DNA of 64,000 bases from positions 2,888 to 66,887 of the forward strand of contig JAZNSB010000003.1 in the NCBI GenBank assembly GCA_045590955.1, given 5' to 3'. The position numbers and the translations under genes were made by a program. Shown piece after piece: positions 30,039 to 39,547 of the stretch. Within the stretch, counting starts at the first letter, position 1, and every line of letters begins with the position of its first letter. The stretch comes from Alphaproteobacteria bacterium. GTDB taxonomy: Bacteria; Pseudomonadota; Alphaproteobacteria; RF32; CAG-239. The notes beneath the pieces are model-generated. The model was not told the origin of the DNA and did not search any database. It was given only the letters and a program-made list of their open reading frames with translations.

Positions 30039-32539
30039 CATCTGGTATTTTCTTGTAACACTTGTGTTTTTGTTTGTTCCGGAATAAACGGTTGTGTATC
30101 GGAGCAAATTTTGTTGTCTTTGCAACTTAAAAACAATGTTTTTCCGCGAGAACATTCATCAGAAATAAGTTTTTCTGCAATCTCTCCGATTACGTGTTCA
30201 TTGATATAAGATTTTAAGTTCCTGGCCCCTAGTTTTTGGTTAAACCCTCTTTGGGTTATGTGGCTGACCAACTCTTCATCAAAACGGATAGTTAAACCAT
30301 GTGTTTGAGCAATGTTTTTGCTGATGGAATCTAAGTTAAAACGAACAATTTCTCTGCACACATCTTGGGTTAAAGGATTGAAAGCAAGAATGTTGGAATC
30401 GCCAATTCTACCAAGAAATTCCGGTGGAAATTTTGCCAACAAAGCAGCCATGAAAGCTTTTTTATTAAGCTCTTCAGAAGGTTTGGGCTGACAATAACCT
30501 ATTGTGCGGTTGTCTGATGCGTTTGAAATAACATTTGATGTTAAAATAATGATATTATTATTAAAACTTGCGCAAACACCTTGCGAATCTGTTATTTTTC
30601 CTTCATCCATTACAGATAATAAAATTTTATAAATATCAGGATGTGCTTTTTCTATTTCATCAAATAAAATGACCGCGTTCGGATTGTTTCTTGTTTTGTT
30701 GACCAGGGCTCCACCCTCGGAACTGCCGACATAGCCGGGAGCACTTCCCAAAAGCTTGTTTACATCAGTATCTTTGGTAAACTCGGCCATGTTGAAAACA
30801 ATTAACTGAGATCCAAAGAATTTTGCCATGTCTTTTGCAACCTGGGTTTTTCCAACCCCGGAGTTTCCACAAAACAAAAAAGTGGCTTTGGGCTTGTTGG
30901 GGTCTGGCAAAACATGGCTGCGTAACAAAATGCGCTGAATGTCAGTTAAAATGCTTTTTTGACCCTTTATGCCTCCGTCTTCAAGTGTTGTGGCAAAGCG
31001 CAACAACCTTCCTTTTTCACTTGTGGTTAAATCTGAAGTGGGGACACCGGAAAGCTCCGACAAGGTGGCGTGAATATCGCCTATTGTTAAAACGTTGCCA
31101 TTGGTAGATGAGCAGCTGTTGTCTAAAAGTTCTTTTGCAGCATCGGGTTGTTTTCGGTCTTTCATGAATCTGGAAGAAAGGCGGATGACTTCTTTTAACA
31201 AAGAGTCGTCTATTTTGATGTCGTGGTGTTTTTCAAATTTTGGTTTTGCTTGTTTTAAAATTTCAAAAATTATTTCGGGGTTTAATTCTGAAATTTCAAG
31301 TTTTTGGAACCTTCTGGCAAAACTTTCTTTGCGCATAATTGTTTTTGCATATTCTTTTGGGGAGGTTATGCCAATTATGGAAAGATTGCTGTCAGATAAC
31401 AAGGGTAACAAAATTTTTGCAACGTCATCTAAACCTTTTTCTCCAGAACCAAACAGCTCATGAATGTTTTCAAAATATAATATGGTGTTAGTGTTATTAT
31501 ATTTGTTAAACAACGCGGTTGTTTTTGCTTCTAAATCTCCAACATATTTTGCGCCGCTTTTTAATATTGAGATATCAACTTTAACAATATCTTTTGCTTT
31601 TAGTTTTGCAGGAATGTTGTTGTTGTCAGGGTCTTGCATATCATAAGCCAAACCTTCAACTAAAGCGGTTTTACCAACACCGGCCTCTCCAACAATTATG
31701 AGAGAGTTTTTTTCAAGCCTTTTTAAAATCCGTATCATTTGCAGTTTTTCCGGACCCCTGCCAACAATTGAACCTATTTTTCCGCTTTTTATCAGAGGAG
31801 CAAGAGGTGTGTCTCCCAAATTTTCTTCTTTTTGAGCTTTGTGGGTTGAGGGAGAAGGTGCTTCTGTTTTGAAAATGTTATGTTGTGAATTGTTTTCAGA
31901 ACCTAAAAAGTCACTAAGAACACTCGGGTTTGAGACAGACTCTTTTATAATTAAACAAGTAACAGCTTCCGCAACAATACTATCTCCTAAAGAAAGGTTG
32001 CTTTTTTTTGTAAATTCTTTGTGAAGAGAGGTGTCAAAAAGACCATCTTCAGAATTAAAAAATTTGTCATAAGAGATGCCAATTTTTTCTAATTCCTCTA
32101 CAACAGTGGTGTTGTCAAATCCAAAAATTAAAGGGGTTGTTGCTCTTTGCTGGTTATATGTTCTTTGGGCGCTTTCAATGGCGTGTAAAGATTCTTTAAA
32201 CAATGCTACATATGCCGCGTTTTTGCTTTTTGGTTGATGCGTTTTTTGAACATATCCGCAAAACCCGGAAAAGTTATCGTGAACACGTAAATCAGAGATG
32301 GAGTTTTTGGGGTTTGTGCTATATGCTTTTTCAGAACGAAGCACACGGTTGGCCCAAGAGACAACAGGAGCTGTATCAATGCCTTTTTGTCTAAGGAGTC
32401 TTAAAACGGCCTTTTGTTTTAACAAACAACAAAGCACCAGTCTTTCGTCAACACTGCCTTCTGCCGAATGCTTAAGTCCAAAACCTAAAATGGTGCTGAC
32501 AGCTTGTGTTGTGTTATTTATGGTATTTTGTTCTGTCAT
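30038..32539 (-). CDS. ClpA-family two-ring AAA+ chaperone with an enlarged, divergent N-terminal domain
   Basis: D1 Walker A IIVGEAGVGKTAL and D2 Walker A FLFCGNSGVGKTQ. The D2 region is ClpA-like. A short D1-D2 linker (no ClpB M-domain). An IGY tripeptide sits where ClpA has its IGL ClpP-docking loop. Confidence 0.7.
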   Translation of the reverse strand: MTEQNTINNTTQAVSTILGFGLKHSAEGSVDERLVLCCLLKQKAVLRLLRQKGIDTAPVVSWANRVLRSEKAYSTNPKNSISDLRVHDNFSGFCGYVQKTHQPKSKNAAYVALFKESLHAIESAQRTYNQQRATTPLIFGFDNTTVVEELEKIGISYDKFFNSEDGLFDTSLHKEFTKKSNLSLGDSIVAEAVTCLIIKESVSNPSVLSDFLGSENNSQHNIFKTEAPSPSTHKAQKEENLGDTPLAPLIKSGKIGSIVGRGPEKLQMIRILKRLEKNSLIIVGEAGVGKTALVEGLAYDMQDPDNNNIPAKLKAKDIVKVDISILKSGAKYVGDLEAKTTALFNKYNNTNTILYFENIHELFGSGEKGLDDVAKILLPLLSDSNLSIIGITSPKEYAKTIMRKESFARRFQKLEISELNPEIIFEILKQAKPKFEKHHDIKIDDSLLKEVIRLSSRFMKDRKQPDAAKELLDNSCSSTNGNVLTIGDIHATLSELSGVPTSDLTTSEKGRLLRFATTLEDGGIKGQKSILTDIQRILLRSHVLPDPNKPKATFLFCGNSGVGKTQVAKDMAKFFGSQLIVFNMAEFTKDTDVNKLLGSAPGYVGSSEGGALVNKTRNNPNAVILFDEIEKAHPDIYKILLSVMDEGKITDSQGVCASFNNNIIILTSNVISNASDNRTIGYCQPKPSEELNKKAFMAALLAKFPPEFLGRIGDSNILAFNPLTQDVCREIVRFNLDSISKNIAQTHGLTIRFDEELVSHITQRGFNQKLGARNLKSYINEHVIGEIAEKLISDECSRGKTLFLSCKDNKICSDTQPFIPEQTKTQVLQENTR

Positions 32540-32660
32540 GTGTCTCCTCCAAAACCGCGTTCGGACAAAATATCACTTATGGAAAATTTTGTCAAACAAA
32601 ACTTTTAAAGTTTCTTTTTTTTATTTTTCTCTTTTGTTTTTTTGGGTTGACAAAAAAAGC

Positions 32661-32688
32661 TTGCATCTTTTTTCTTTTATTATATATT
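32661..32688 (+). promoter_or_regulatory. Candidate sigma70-like promoter of the rpsF-rpsR-rplI operon
   Basis: TTGCAT-16 nt-TATATT located about 90 nt upstream of the rpsF ATG. Confidence 0.35.
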
Positions 32689-32700
32689 TGCCTCGTCCTT

Positions 32701-32721
32701 GTTGCGATGTTTTGTCGCAAC
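32701..32721 (+). promoter_or_regulatory. Stem-loop in the rpsF 5' leader; possibly an S6:S18-binding autoregulatory element.
   Basis: GTTGCGA-tgttttg-TCGCAAC, a perfect 7-bp inverted repeat, 55 nt upstream of the rpsF start. Confidence 0.4.
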
Positions 32722-32775
32722 TATACATTAACCGGTTCTATTGAACCATTGTTGAGAATCCATAAGGAGAAAAAT

Positions 32776-33117
32776 ATGGCATTTTATGAAAGCGTGTTTA
32801 TTGCACGTCAAGACCTTGGTGCCACACAGGTTGCTACTTTGGCAAAAGATTTGTCTGAAGTTGTGGCAAACAACGGTGGCGAGGTTGTTAGAGTTGATAA
32901 CTGGGGTTTGAAAAACCTTGCTTATCGTATCAAAAAAAATCGCAAAGGTTACTATGTAATTCTTAACTTGAATGCAGAATCTAAGGCTGTAAACGAGTTA
33001 GAAAGAGTTATGAGATTTAACGAAGATATTATTCGTTATTTGACCGTTAAAGTTGATGCAATTTCAGAAGAACCAGCTTACAACAGCTCTTCTGTTGCTG
33101 AAGATGTTGAGAAATAG
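32776..33117 (+). CDS. rpsF: 30S ribosomal protein S6
   Basis: [14 protein letters not shown]...[20 protein letters not shown] with an acidic C-terminal tail. AAGGAG RBS. Confidence 0.9.
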   Translation: MAFYESVFIARQDLGATQVATLAKDLSEVVANNGGEVVRVDNWGLKNLAYRIKKNRKGYYVILNLNAESKAVNELERVMRFNEDIIRYLTVKVDAISEEPAYNSSSVAEDVEK

Positions 33118-33127
33118 GAGAAAGAAC

Positions 33128-33352
33128 ATGGTTAAACAAAATTTTTCTAAAAAGAAAAACGAAAATGTTTCTGCCGACGTTTCTTTTAAAGCAGACTATA
33201 AAGATGTGAAATTTTTGTCTCGCTTTATTTCTGAAAAAGGCAAAATCATTCCTTCTCGCATTACAGCAGTATCTGTTAAAAAACAAAGAGATATAGCAAA
33301 AGCAATTAAACGTGCTCGCTATTTGGCTCTTTTACCGTATTCAGCAGATTAA
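33128..33352 (+). CDS. rpsR: 30S ribosomal protein S18
   Basis: [50 protein letters not shown]. Confidence 0.9.
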   Translation: MVKQNFSKKKNENVSADVSFKADYKDVKFLSRFISEKGKIIPSRITAVSVKKQRDIAKAIKRARYLALLPYSAD

Positions 33353-33366
33353 TAGAGGAGGTTAAA

Positions 33367-33855
33367 ATGGAAGTAATTCTTCTTCAACATGTAGAAAAAT
33401 TAGGAAAAATCGGCGATAAAGTAACCGTAAAAAATGGTTATGCCCGTAATTTCCTCTTGCCTCAAAAAAAGGCTTTGCGCGCAACAGAAGCAAACGAAGC
33501 TTTCTTTGAACAACAAAAAGCTGAATTAGAAGCTTACAACAAAAAACTTTTGGATGAAGCAAATGAAAAATTTGAAGCATTAAAGGGTTTTGGTGTTGTT
33601 TTAATCAGACAAGCTGCAGAAACCGGACAATTATACGGTTCTGTATCAATCAGAGATATTGCAGTTGCTGTTAAAGAAGCCGGACACACTATTGAGCGTC
33701 GCCAAATTTATTTGGAAAAACCAATTAAAGATTTGGGTGTGTATGAAGTGAAGATTAATCTTCATCCGGAAGTTTCTCAGACAATTCTTGTAAACATTGC
33801 AAGAACAGCTGATGAAGCAAAGAAACAGTCAAAAGCTTATGAGGCTGCTAATTAG
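33367..33855 (+). CDS. rplI: 50S ribosomal protein L9
   Basis: MEVILLQHVEKLGKIGDKVTVKNGYARNFLLPQKKAL. Confidence 0.9.
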   Translation: MEVILLQHVEKLGKIGDKVTVKNGYARNFLLPQKKALRATEANEAFFEQQKAELEAYNKKLLDEANEKFEALKGFGVVLIRQAAETGQLYGSVSIRDIAVAVKEAGHTIERRQIYLEKPIKDLGVYEVKINLHPEVSQTILVNIARTADEAKKQSKAYEAAN

Positions 33856-33870
33856 TTTTTTGAAAACTAA

Positions 33871-33910
33871 AAAAAATAAACCGCTCGTTTGAGCGGTTTT
33901 TCTTTTTTAT
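33871..33910. terminator. Bidirectional rho-independent terminator between the convergent rplI and cysK genes.
   Basis: AAAAAATAAACCGCTCgtttGAGCGGTTTTTCTTTTTT. Confidence 0.8.
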
Positions 33911-34827
33911 AATAAATCCAAATCTCTTTCTATGCTTCCGGGTAGTAAGACGACAATGTTTTTGTTTTTAAATTCCGGTCTTTGTCCTAAAGATAGGGCA
34001 GCAAACAAAACCGCTCCGGAAGAAACACAAACGGGAAGACCTTCTGTTTTTGCGGTTTCTTTGCAAGTTGTGATGGCTTCTTCGTCGGAAACATCTATGA
34101 TTTCATTTACCAGCATATCTTCATAAAGAGGAGGAACGAATCCGGCTCCAATACCCTCTATTTTATGGGCTCCTGCTGGTTTACCGTTTAATACGGCGCT
34201 GGCGGCAGGCTCTACGCCAACTACATAAATTTTTGGATTAAATTCTTTTAGGGTTTTTGCAATACCGGTTAAAGATCCTGATGTTCCAACACCAACAACT
34301 ATCGCATCTATGTTGCCGTCTGTTTGCTCTAAAATTTCTACGCCCGTGCCAAATTGGTGTGCTTGAACGTTGGCCGGATTTTCAAACTGGTTTAACCAAA
34401 CAAGAGAAGAATCTTGCTCACAAAGTTCTTTTACTTTTTCTATTGATCCTGCCATGCCTTTTTGTGCGTCGGTTAAAATTACTTTTGCTCCAAATGTTTT
34501 TATTAATTTGACTTTTTCTTTGCTTGTGTCCGTCGGCGCAACAATTATCAGGTTATATCCTTTAAAAGCACAAAGTGATGCAAGCGCAACACCGGTGTTT
34601 CCGCTGGTGGCTTCAATAACAACACTTTTGGCAGAAAGTTTGTGTTCAGCTTCTGCCTTTTCAAGCATTTTCAAGGCAATGCGATCTTTGGCAGAAAATA
34701 AAGGGTTGTAAAAATCGCATTTTGCCAAAATTGTGGCGTTGCATTTATATTTGCCTGCCAGTTCTTTTAAGTTGACCATAGGCGTGTTGCCAACCATTTC
34801 TAAAATGTTTTCATAAACTTGTGACAT
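33907..34827 (-). CDS. cysK: Cysteine synthase (O-acetylserine sulfhydrylase)
   Basis: The PLP lysine motif KDRIALKM. SGNTG. A glycine-rich GTSGS loop. Confidence 0.85.
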   Translation of the reverse strand: MSQVYENILEMVGNTPMVNLKELAGKYKCNATILAKCDFYNPLFSAKDRIALKMLEKAEAEHKLSAKSVVIEATSGNTGVALASLCAFKGYNLIIVAPTDTSKEKVKLIKTFGAKVILTDAQKGMAGSIEKVKELCEQDSSLVWLNQFENPANVQAHQFGTGVEILEQTDGNIDAIVVGVGTSGSLTGIAKTLKEFNPKIYVVGVEPAASAVLNGKPAGAHKIEGIGAGFVPPLYEDMLVNEIIDVSDEEAITTCKETAKTEGLPVCVSSGAVLFAALSLGQRPEFKNKNIVVLLPGSIERDLDLL

Positions 34828-34928
34828 AGTGTATCCTTTCTTTGTTTATAAGCATAAAAATGTCTTTGCTCAAAATCTTCTTTTATATATATATTAAAGA
34901 CATATATAGGATGCTTTAAGATTTAACA

Positions 34929-35495
34929 ATGAAAACTTTTATTTTTTTTGTATTTTTAATTACGGTGATTTTTTGCGGAGAGGCGTTTGCTCAAATAGCA
35001 AGCGTTGATGCTTTGTATAGAAATTTAGTAAGATCCGATAATAGCGGATATTTACCAAATTATGTACAAAACAGGGGTGCAGAAATTGATGTTTCTCCAA
35101 AAGACGGCGCTTTATTGCCTAAAACAGATGTGGAAAAGCAAGCTCAGGAAATTATAGAACTGGAAAATGTGAGAAGAGCAAAAAGGCTGGCGGCAAAAAA
35201 AGAACGGGAAAAATGGAATAAGACAGTGGAAGCAGCAAAAAACAATTCTCTAACCCCGGCACATATTCAAGAAATTGCTAAAAGAGCAAAAGAAAACGAT
35301 CCACAGGCATTGGAAATTTTTGCATTTTTAAATGCCAGAGGTCAGGGAATGAAACAAAATCTGACAGAGGCATATGTGGCTTACTCAAAGGCTGCAAAAT
35401 TGGGTGTGAAAAAAGCCGAGGAAAATGCTAAGGCTGTTTATGGCGCAATGAACGCACAACAAAGAGCAGAGCTAGAAGCCCAAAATCTTAGATAA
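34929..35495 (+). CDS. Hypothetical exported protein with one Sel1-like repeat
   Basis: Signal peptide MKTFIFFVFLITVIFCGEAFA. A helical, Lys/Ala-rich body. A single Sel1-like segment (FAFLNARGQGMKQNLTEAYVAYSKAAKLG). Confidence 0.5.
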   Translation: MKTFIFFVFLITVIFCGEAFAQIASVDALYRNLVRSDNSGYLPNYVQNRGAEIDVSPKDGALLPKTDVEKQAQEIIELENVRRAKRLAAKKEREKWNKTVEAAKNNSLTPAHIQEIAKRAKENDPQALEIFAFLNARGQGMKQNLTEAYVAYSKAAKLGVKKAEENAKAVYGAMNAQQRAELEAQNLR

Positions 35496-35963
35496 AGCCT
35501 GTTTGTGCATGTAGTTAAGAGGAACATTTCCTGTTAAAAAATCATGTTTACTATACCAACCTGCATAACCGCCTTCAGGTGTTTGCCACGGAAAAGATGG
35601 TTGAGAAATGTTTAGTTTGTTAAAATCAAAAAACAGAAAAATTTGTCGGTAATTCCAAAATTCACCGTTTGGACGAATGTCGTCGGCAAAATATAAAACG
35701 TCTTGAGTAAGCTGTTTAGAGCTTTTACCAAACTCAATGTTTAATCCGGTTTCTTCAAAAAATTCTCTGGATAAAGAGGTTTCCAGCCCCTCCCCCCTCT
35801 CAACAAAACCGCCGGGAAATTCTCCCACAATTTGTTTTTTCGGAAAGGTTAATAAAATTTTTTCATCTTTTTCAATTATGGCAAAACATGATTTTTTAGT
35901 GGCAAAATAACCGGTATCATTTATGTGTGTGTTTCCGTGCCTGTCTATGTATAGGTTAGTCAT
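35472..35963 (-). CDS. NUDIX hydrolase
   Basis: Nudix box GGFVERGEGLETSLSREFFEETGL. Confidence 0.8.
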   Translation of the reverse strand: MTNLYIDRHGNTHINDTGYFATKKSCFAIIEKDEKILLTFPKKQIVGEFPGGFVERGEGLETSLSREFFEETGLNIEFGKSSKQLTQDVLYFADDIRPNGEFWNYRQIFLFFDFNKLNISQPSFPWQTPEGGYAGWYSKHDFLTGNVPLNYMHKQALSKILGF

Positions 35964-36615
35964 TTTGGCTCTCTTTTATCAGTTCTTTAACAAATCTTTT
36001 TAAGCGAAGTTGTCTTGTGCGTTTCATTCTTTCGCTCGCAAAAATGGTCTGTATTTTTTGAATGGAAGCTTCAAGGTTGTCATTAATGATAACGTAATCA
36101 AATTCGTTCCAATGTTTTATTTTATCTACAATGAGGCTCATGCGTTTTTCTATAATTTCCGGAGTATCAGCCCCTCTGTTTTCAAGTCGGCGACGTAATT
36201 CTTTTATTGAAGGGGGCAATAAATAAATTGTTACAACGTTATCGGGAGCTCGGCTTCGCATTTGTCTGGCACCATCCCAGTCCATGTCAAACAAAACATC
36301 AATCCCGGCATTAATGTAAGAGTCAACTTCAGACTTTAAGGTTCCATAACGGTTACCGTATTGAGAATTTACATATTCATAAAAAGCATCTTGAGCAACA
36401 TAGGTGTTGTATTGTTCGTCGCTGATAAAGTAGTAATCAACCCCTTCTTGTTCTCCGGGGCGCATGGGCCTTGTGGTTGCAGAAATGGAAAATTTAAGGT
36501 TATCATCTCTTTTTAACAATTCTTTGCAAATAGTTCCCTTGCCGGTTCCTGATGGTGCTTCAATGATAAACATGGCTCCTTTTCTAACAGGGGAGATTAT
36601 ATCGTTTGTGTTCAT
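35956..36615 (-). CDS. gmk: Guanylate kinase
   Basis: P-loop APSGTGKGT and the GMP-binding SISATTRPMRPGEQEGVDYYF. Confidence 0.9.
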   Translation of the reverse strand: MNTNDIISPVRKGAMFIIEAPSGTGKGTICKELLKRDDNLKFSISATTRPMRPGEQEGVDYYFISDEQYNTYVAQDAFYEYVNSQYGNRYGTLKSEVDSYINAGIDVLFDMDWDGARQMRSRAPDNVVTIYLLPPSIKELRRRLENRGADTPEIIEKRMSLIVDKIKHWNEFDYVIINDNLEASIQKIQTIFASERMKRTRQLRLKRFVKELIKESQND

Positions 36616-36627
36616 ATTTATATGCTC

Positions 36628-37530
36628 CTATTCAATGTTTTGGACTTGCTCTCGGAATTGTTCCGTAAGAACTTTTATTTCTATGGCAGATTGCGTTATT
36701 TGCAAGTCCGTAGATTTTGAACAAGTGGTGTTTGCTTCTCGGTTTAGTTCTTGGCAAAGAAAGTCTAAACGTCTACCGACAGGAGTGTTCTGCTTAAATA
36801 ATTCTTTGCATGTTTTAATGTGGGCTGACAATCTTTCTCTTTCTTCAGAAGTATCTGCCTTGTTGATGATGAGAAGAGCTTCTTGCGCCAAGCGCTCTTC
36901 TGACGGCATATCTTTGTTTTGTGCCAGAAGTTGTATTTGAGCAAACAATTTTTCTTTTAATTTTTGAGGTTGTTGATCTGCTATGATTTGTAATTTTTTG
37001 ACCTCTGTTTCTATTTGTTCTAAAATTTTTAAAAGAATATCTTTGAGTTTTGCCCCCTCTCTTTTTCTGTCTTCTGCAAATAAAACACAAGCTTTTTCAA
37101 AACTTTGGAGCAATTCTTGGGTAAGAGCAAGGTTTTCTTGTTCGTCAAGAGATGTTTCTTTGTTTTCTATAACACCTTTACAGTTTAATAGTTGGGCAAC
37201 AGAAGAGGGGCATAAGCGTTTATATGTGTTTTCCATGCTTTGAGAAACATCTATCAGCTGTTTAAGAAGTTCTTGGTTGACATTATAAGAGATGTTTTCA
37301 TTTTCTTTTTTGATGTCAAGAAAAACACTTATAGTGCCTCTGCTAATGTATTTCTCAATTTCTTTTTTTAGTTGCGGATGAAGATGCTCAAACGCCATTG
37401 GAGTTTTGATTTTTATATCTAAAGATTTGGCGTTTACACTTTTTATTTCCCAAGACCAGTCAAACCTTTGTTCTTTTGTTGTAAAACTGCCGGTATTTCT
37501 GGCAAATCCTGTCATGCTTTGAAGTGTCAA
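36628..37530 (-). CDS. yicC: YicC-family stress-induced protein
   Basis: MTLQSMTGFAR N-terminus. The conserved gmk-yicC pairing. Confidence 0.85.
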   Translation of the reverse strand: MTLQSMTGFARNTGSFTTKEQRFDWSWEIKSVNAKSLDIKIKTPMAFEHLHPQLKKEIEKYISRGTISVFLDIKKENENISYNVNQELLKQLIDVSQSMENTYKRLCPSSVAQLLNCKGVIENKETSLDEQENLALTQELLQSFEKACVLFAEDRKREGAKLKDILLKILEQIETEVKKLQIIADQQPQKLKEKLFAQIQLLAQNKDMPSEERLAQEALLIINKADTSEERERLSAHIKTCKELFKQNTPVGRRLDFLCQELNREANTTCSKSTDLQITQSAIEIKVLTEQFREQVQNIE

Positions 37531-37604
37531 AAAAATTCTCCTTTACCTTATTTTTTTTTAAGTTACTCTATATATAATACAAGTTTATTAAAAAGGAGAT
37601 AATA

Positions 37605-38363
37605 ATGCAATCTATTTTAATCACAGGTGCAAGTTCAGGAATTGGTGAGGCTTTGGCTTGCCATTATGCTTCTGTAGGTGTAAAAAACTTGTTTATTTGC
37701 GGAAGAAACAAAGAGCGTCTGGAGGCGGTAAAACAAAAATGTGAAAAAATTGGAGCCAATGTTGAGGCGGTAGTTTTGGATGTTACCGACAGAGAAAACA
37801 CCCAAAAATGGATTTTAGAGGCAAATAAAAAACATCCTCTGGATTTGGTTGTGGCAAATGCCGGCGTTTCAACAACCCAAGGCGGAGAAGACGCTGTTTA
37901 TAAAACGTTTAATACAAATGTGTTTGGTGTTTTAAATACCATTCATCCGGCGCTTGATGTGTTTTTGGCGAGGAAAAAATCTGAAAAAAGCAATGCCCAG
38001 ATAGCAATTGTTGCGTCAATAGCCGGATATCACGGCTTGGCAAGTTGTCCAAGTTATTCTGCCTCAAAGGCTTGCGTGAAGGCTTATGGCGAGGCTTTGA
38101 GAGTGAGATATGCTCCGGATAAAATAAAGATAAATGTTATTTGTCCGGGGTTTGTGCATTCAAGAATTACTCAAAAAAATAAATTTCCAATGCCCTTTAT
38201 TATGGATGCAGATAAAGCAGCAAAAATTATTGCGAAGGGAATCGAAAAAAACAAAGCAATTATTTCCTTTCCTTCTTTGATTAGGTTTGCAACGTGGTTT
38301 ATTTCTATATTACCAAATGCTTTGAGCGACAAAATCTATGCAATTATGCCTTATAAAGTATAA
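37605..38363 (+). CDS. Short-chain dehydrogenase/reductase-family oxidoreductase
   Basis: TGASSGIGEA Rossmann motif and the YSASKA catalytic motif. Confidence 0.8.
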   Translation: MQSILITGASSGIGEALACHYASVGVKNLFICGRNKERLEAVKQKCEKIGANVEAVVLDVTDRENTQKWILEANKKHPLDLVVANAGVSTTQGGEDAVYKTFNTNVFGVLNTIHPALDVFLARKKSEKSNAQIAIVASIAGYHGLASCPSYSASKACVKAYGEALRVRYAPDKIKINVICPGFVHSRITQKNKFPMPFIMDADKAAKIIAKGIEKNKAIISFPSLIRFATWFISILPNALSDKIYAIMPYKV

Positions 38364-38437
38364 GCATAGAAAGTGTTTGATTAAAAAAATGTTTTTGTTT
38401 ATGGTATAAAAAGCTGTAAATCAACAGAGGAACAAAT

Positions 38438-39547
38438 ATGAATCCGAAATCTATATTGGGTAAATATGTAATAAAGCAAATGATGGTGTATTTTTTGTCT
38501 GTGCTTTTAATGGTGGCGGGCATAATTGCTTTGTTTGATATTGTGGAAATGCTGAGAAAGTTTTCCAGCAATCCGTCTGTAACTATGTTGATGATTATAC
38601 AGCTAACAATTACAAAAATACCATATACAATGGAAAAAATATTTCCGTTTGTGGTTATGGTGTCTGCAATGGCTACTTTTTGGAAGTTTAGCAAAACAAA
38701 CGAGTTTGTGGTGATTAAAGCTTCCGGAGTGTCTGTTTGGAAGTTTTTGTGTCCTGCTCTGTTTTTGGCTTTTTTAATCGGGATTGTAAATGTTACAACA
38801 ATCAACCCCATATCTGCAAAAATGACTGAGTTTTATGAGACAATCAGATACAGAATAAAAACAAAGAATCCAACAGCAATTTTGTTTTCAACAAAAGGTT
38901 TATGGCTCAGAGAAGCAATGGACGAAGAAACTTTTGTGGTGCTGTCTGCAAAATCTGTGCGACAAGAACCAGAGGGTTTACTTTTAAGAGAAGTAACACT
39001 GCTTGAATTGGATAGACATTCATTGTTATTGAAAAGAATAGAAGCTTTTGCGGCAATGCTAAAAAATGATGTTTTTGAGCTAAAAGATGTATCTGTTTTT
39101 ATTCCGGGAGAGCCAACATCATCTTTGCCTCAGCTAACATATAAAACATCTATTACAACAGATAGAATTAAAGAAAACTTTATAGAGCCTGATGCAATTT
39201 CTTTTTGGAATTTGCCGGAAACAATAGCTTTTTATGAAAATTCAGGCTTTTCTGCTTTAAAACACAAAATGCGTTTTATGAATCTGTTGGCATCTCCTTT
39301 TTTGCTTATGGCCATGGTTTTTGTGGCGGCAATTTTTGCGTTGCGACCAAATAACCGAAGAGGAGGAATGCTGTTTTTAATTGTGGGCGGTATAATGAGC
39401 GGATTTATTATCTTCTTTTTGTCGCAAGTTATATATGCTTTTGGCTTAAATAAAGAACTTCCGATTTTCTTTGCGGTTTGGATCCCTATAATCATTGTTT
39501 ATTTAATTTGCATTACGGTGATGTTGCAGTTAGAGGAAGAAAAATGA
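38438..39547 (+). CDS. lptF: LPS export ABC permease of the LptF/LptG family; probably LptF.
   Basis: A YjgP/YjgQ-family six-TM protein with a periplasmic beta-jellyroll region. Second copy of the family in the window. Confidence 0.75.
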   Translation: MNPKSILGKYVIKQMMVYFLSVLLMVAGIIALFDIVEMLRKFSSNPSVTMLMIIQLTITKIPYTMEKIFPFVVMVSAMATFWKFSKTNEFVVIKASGVSVWKFLCPALFLAFLIGIVNVTTINPISAKMTEFYETIRYRIKTKNPTAILFSTKGLWLREAMDEETFVVLSAKSVRQEPEGLLLREVTLLELDRHSLLLKRIEAFAAMLKNDVFELKDVSVFIPGEPTSSLPQLTYKTSITTDRIKENFIEPDAISFWNLPETIAFYENSGFSALKHKMRFMNLLASPFLLMAMVFVAAIFALRPNNRRGGMLFLIVGGIMSGFIIFFLSQVIYAFGLNKELPIFFAVWIPIIIVYLICITVMLQLEEEK

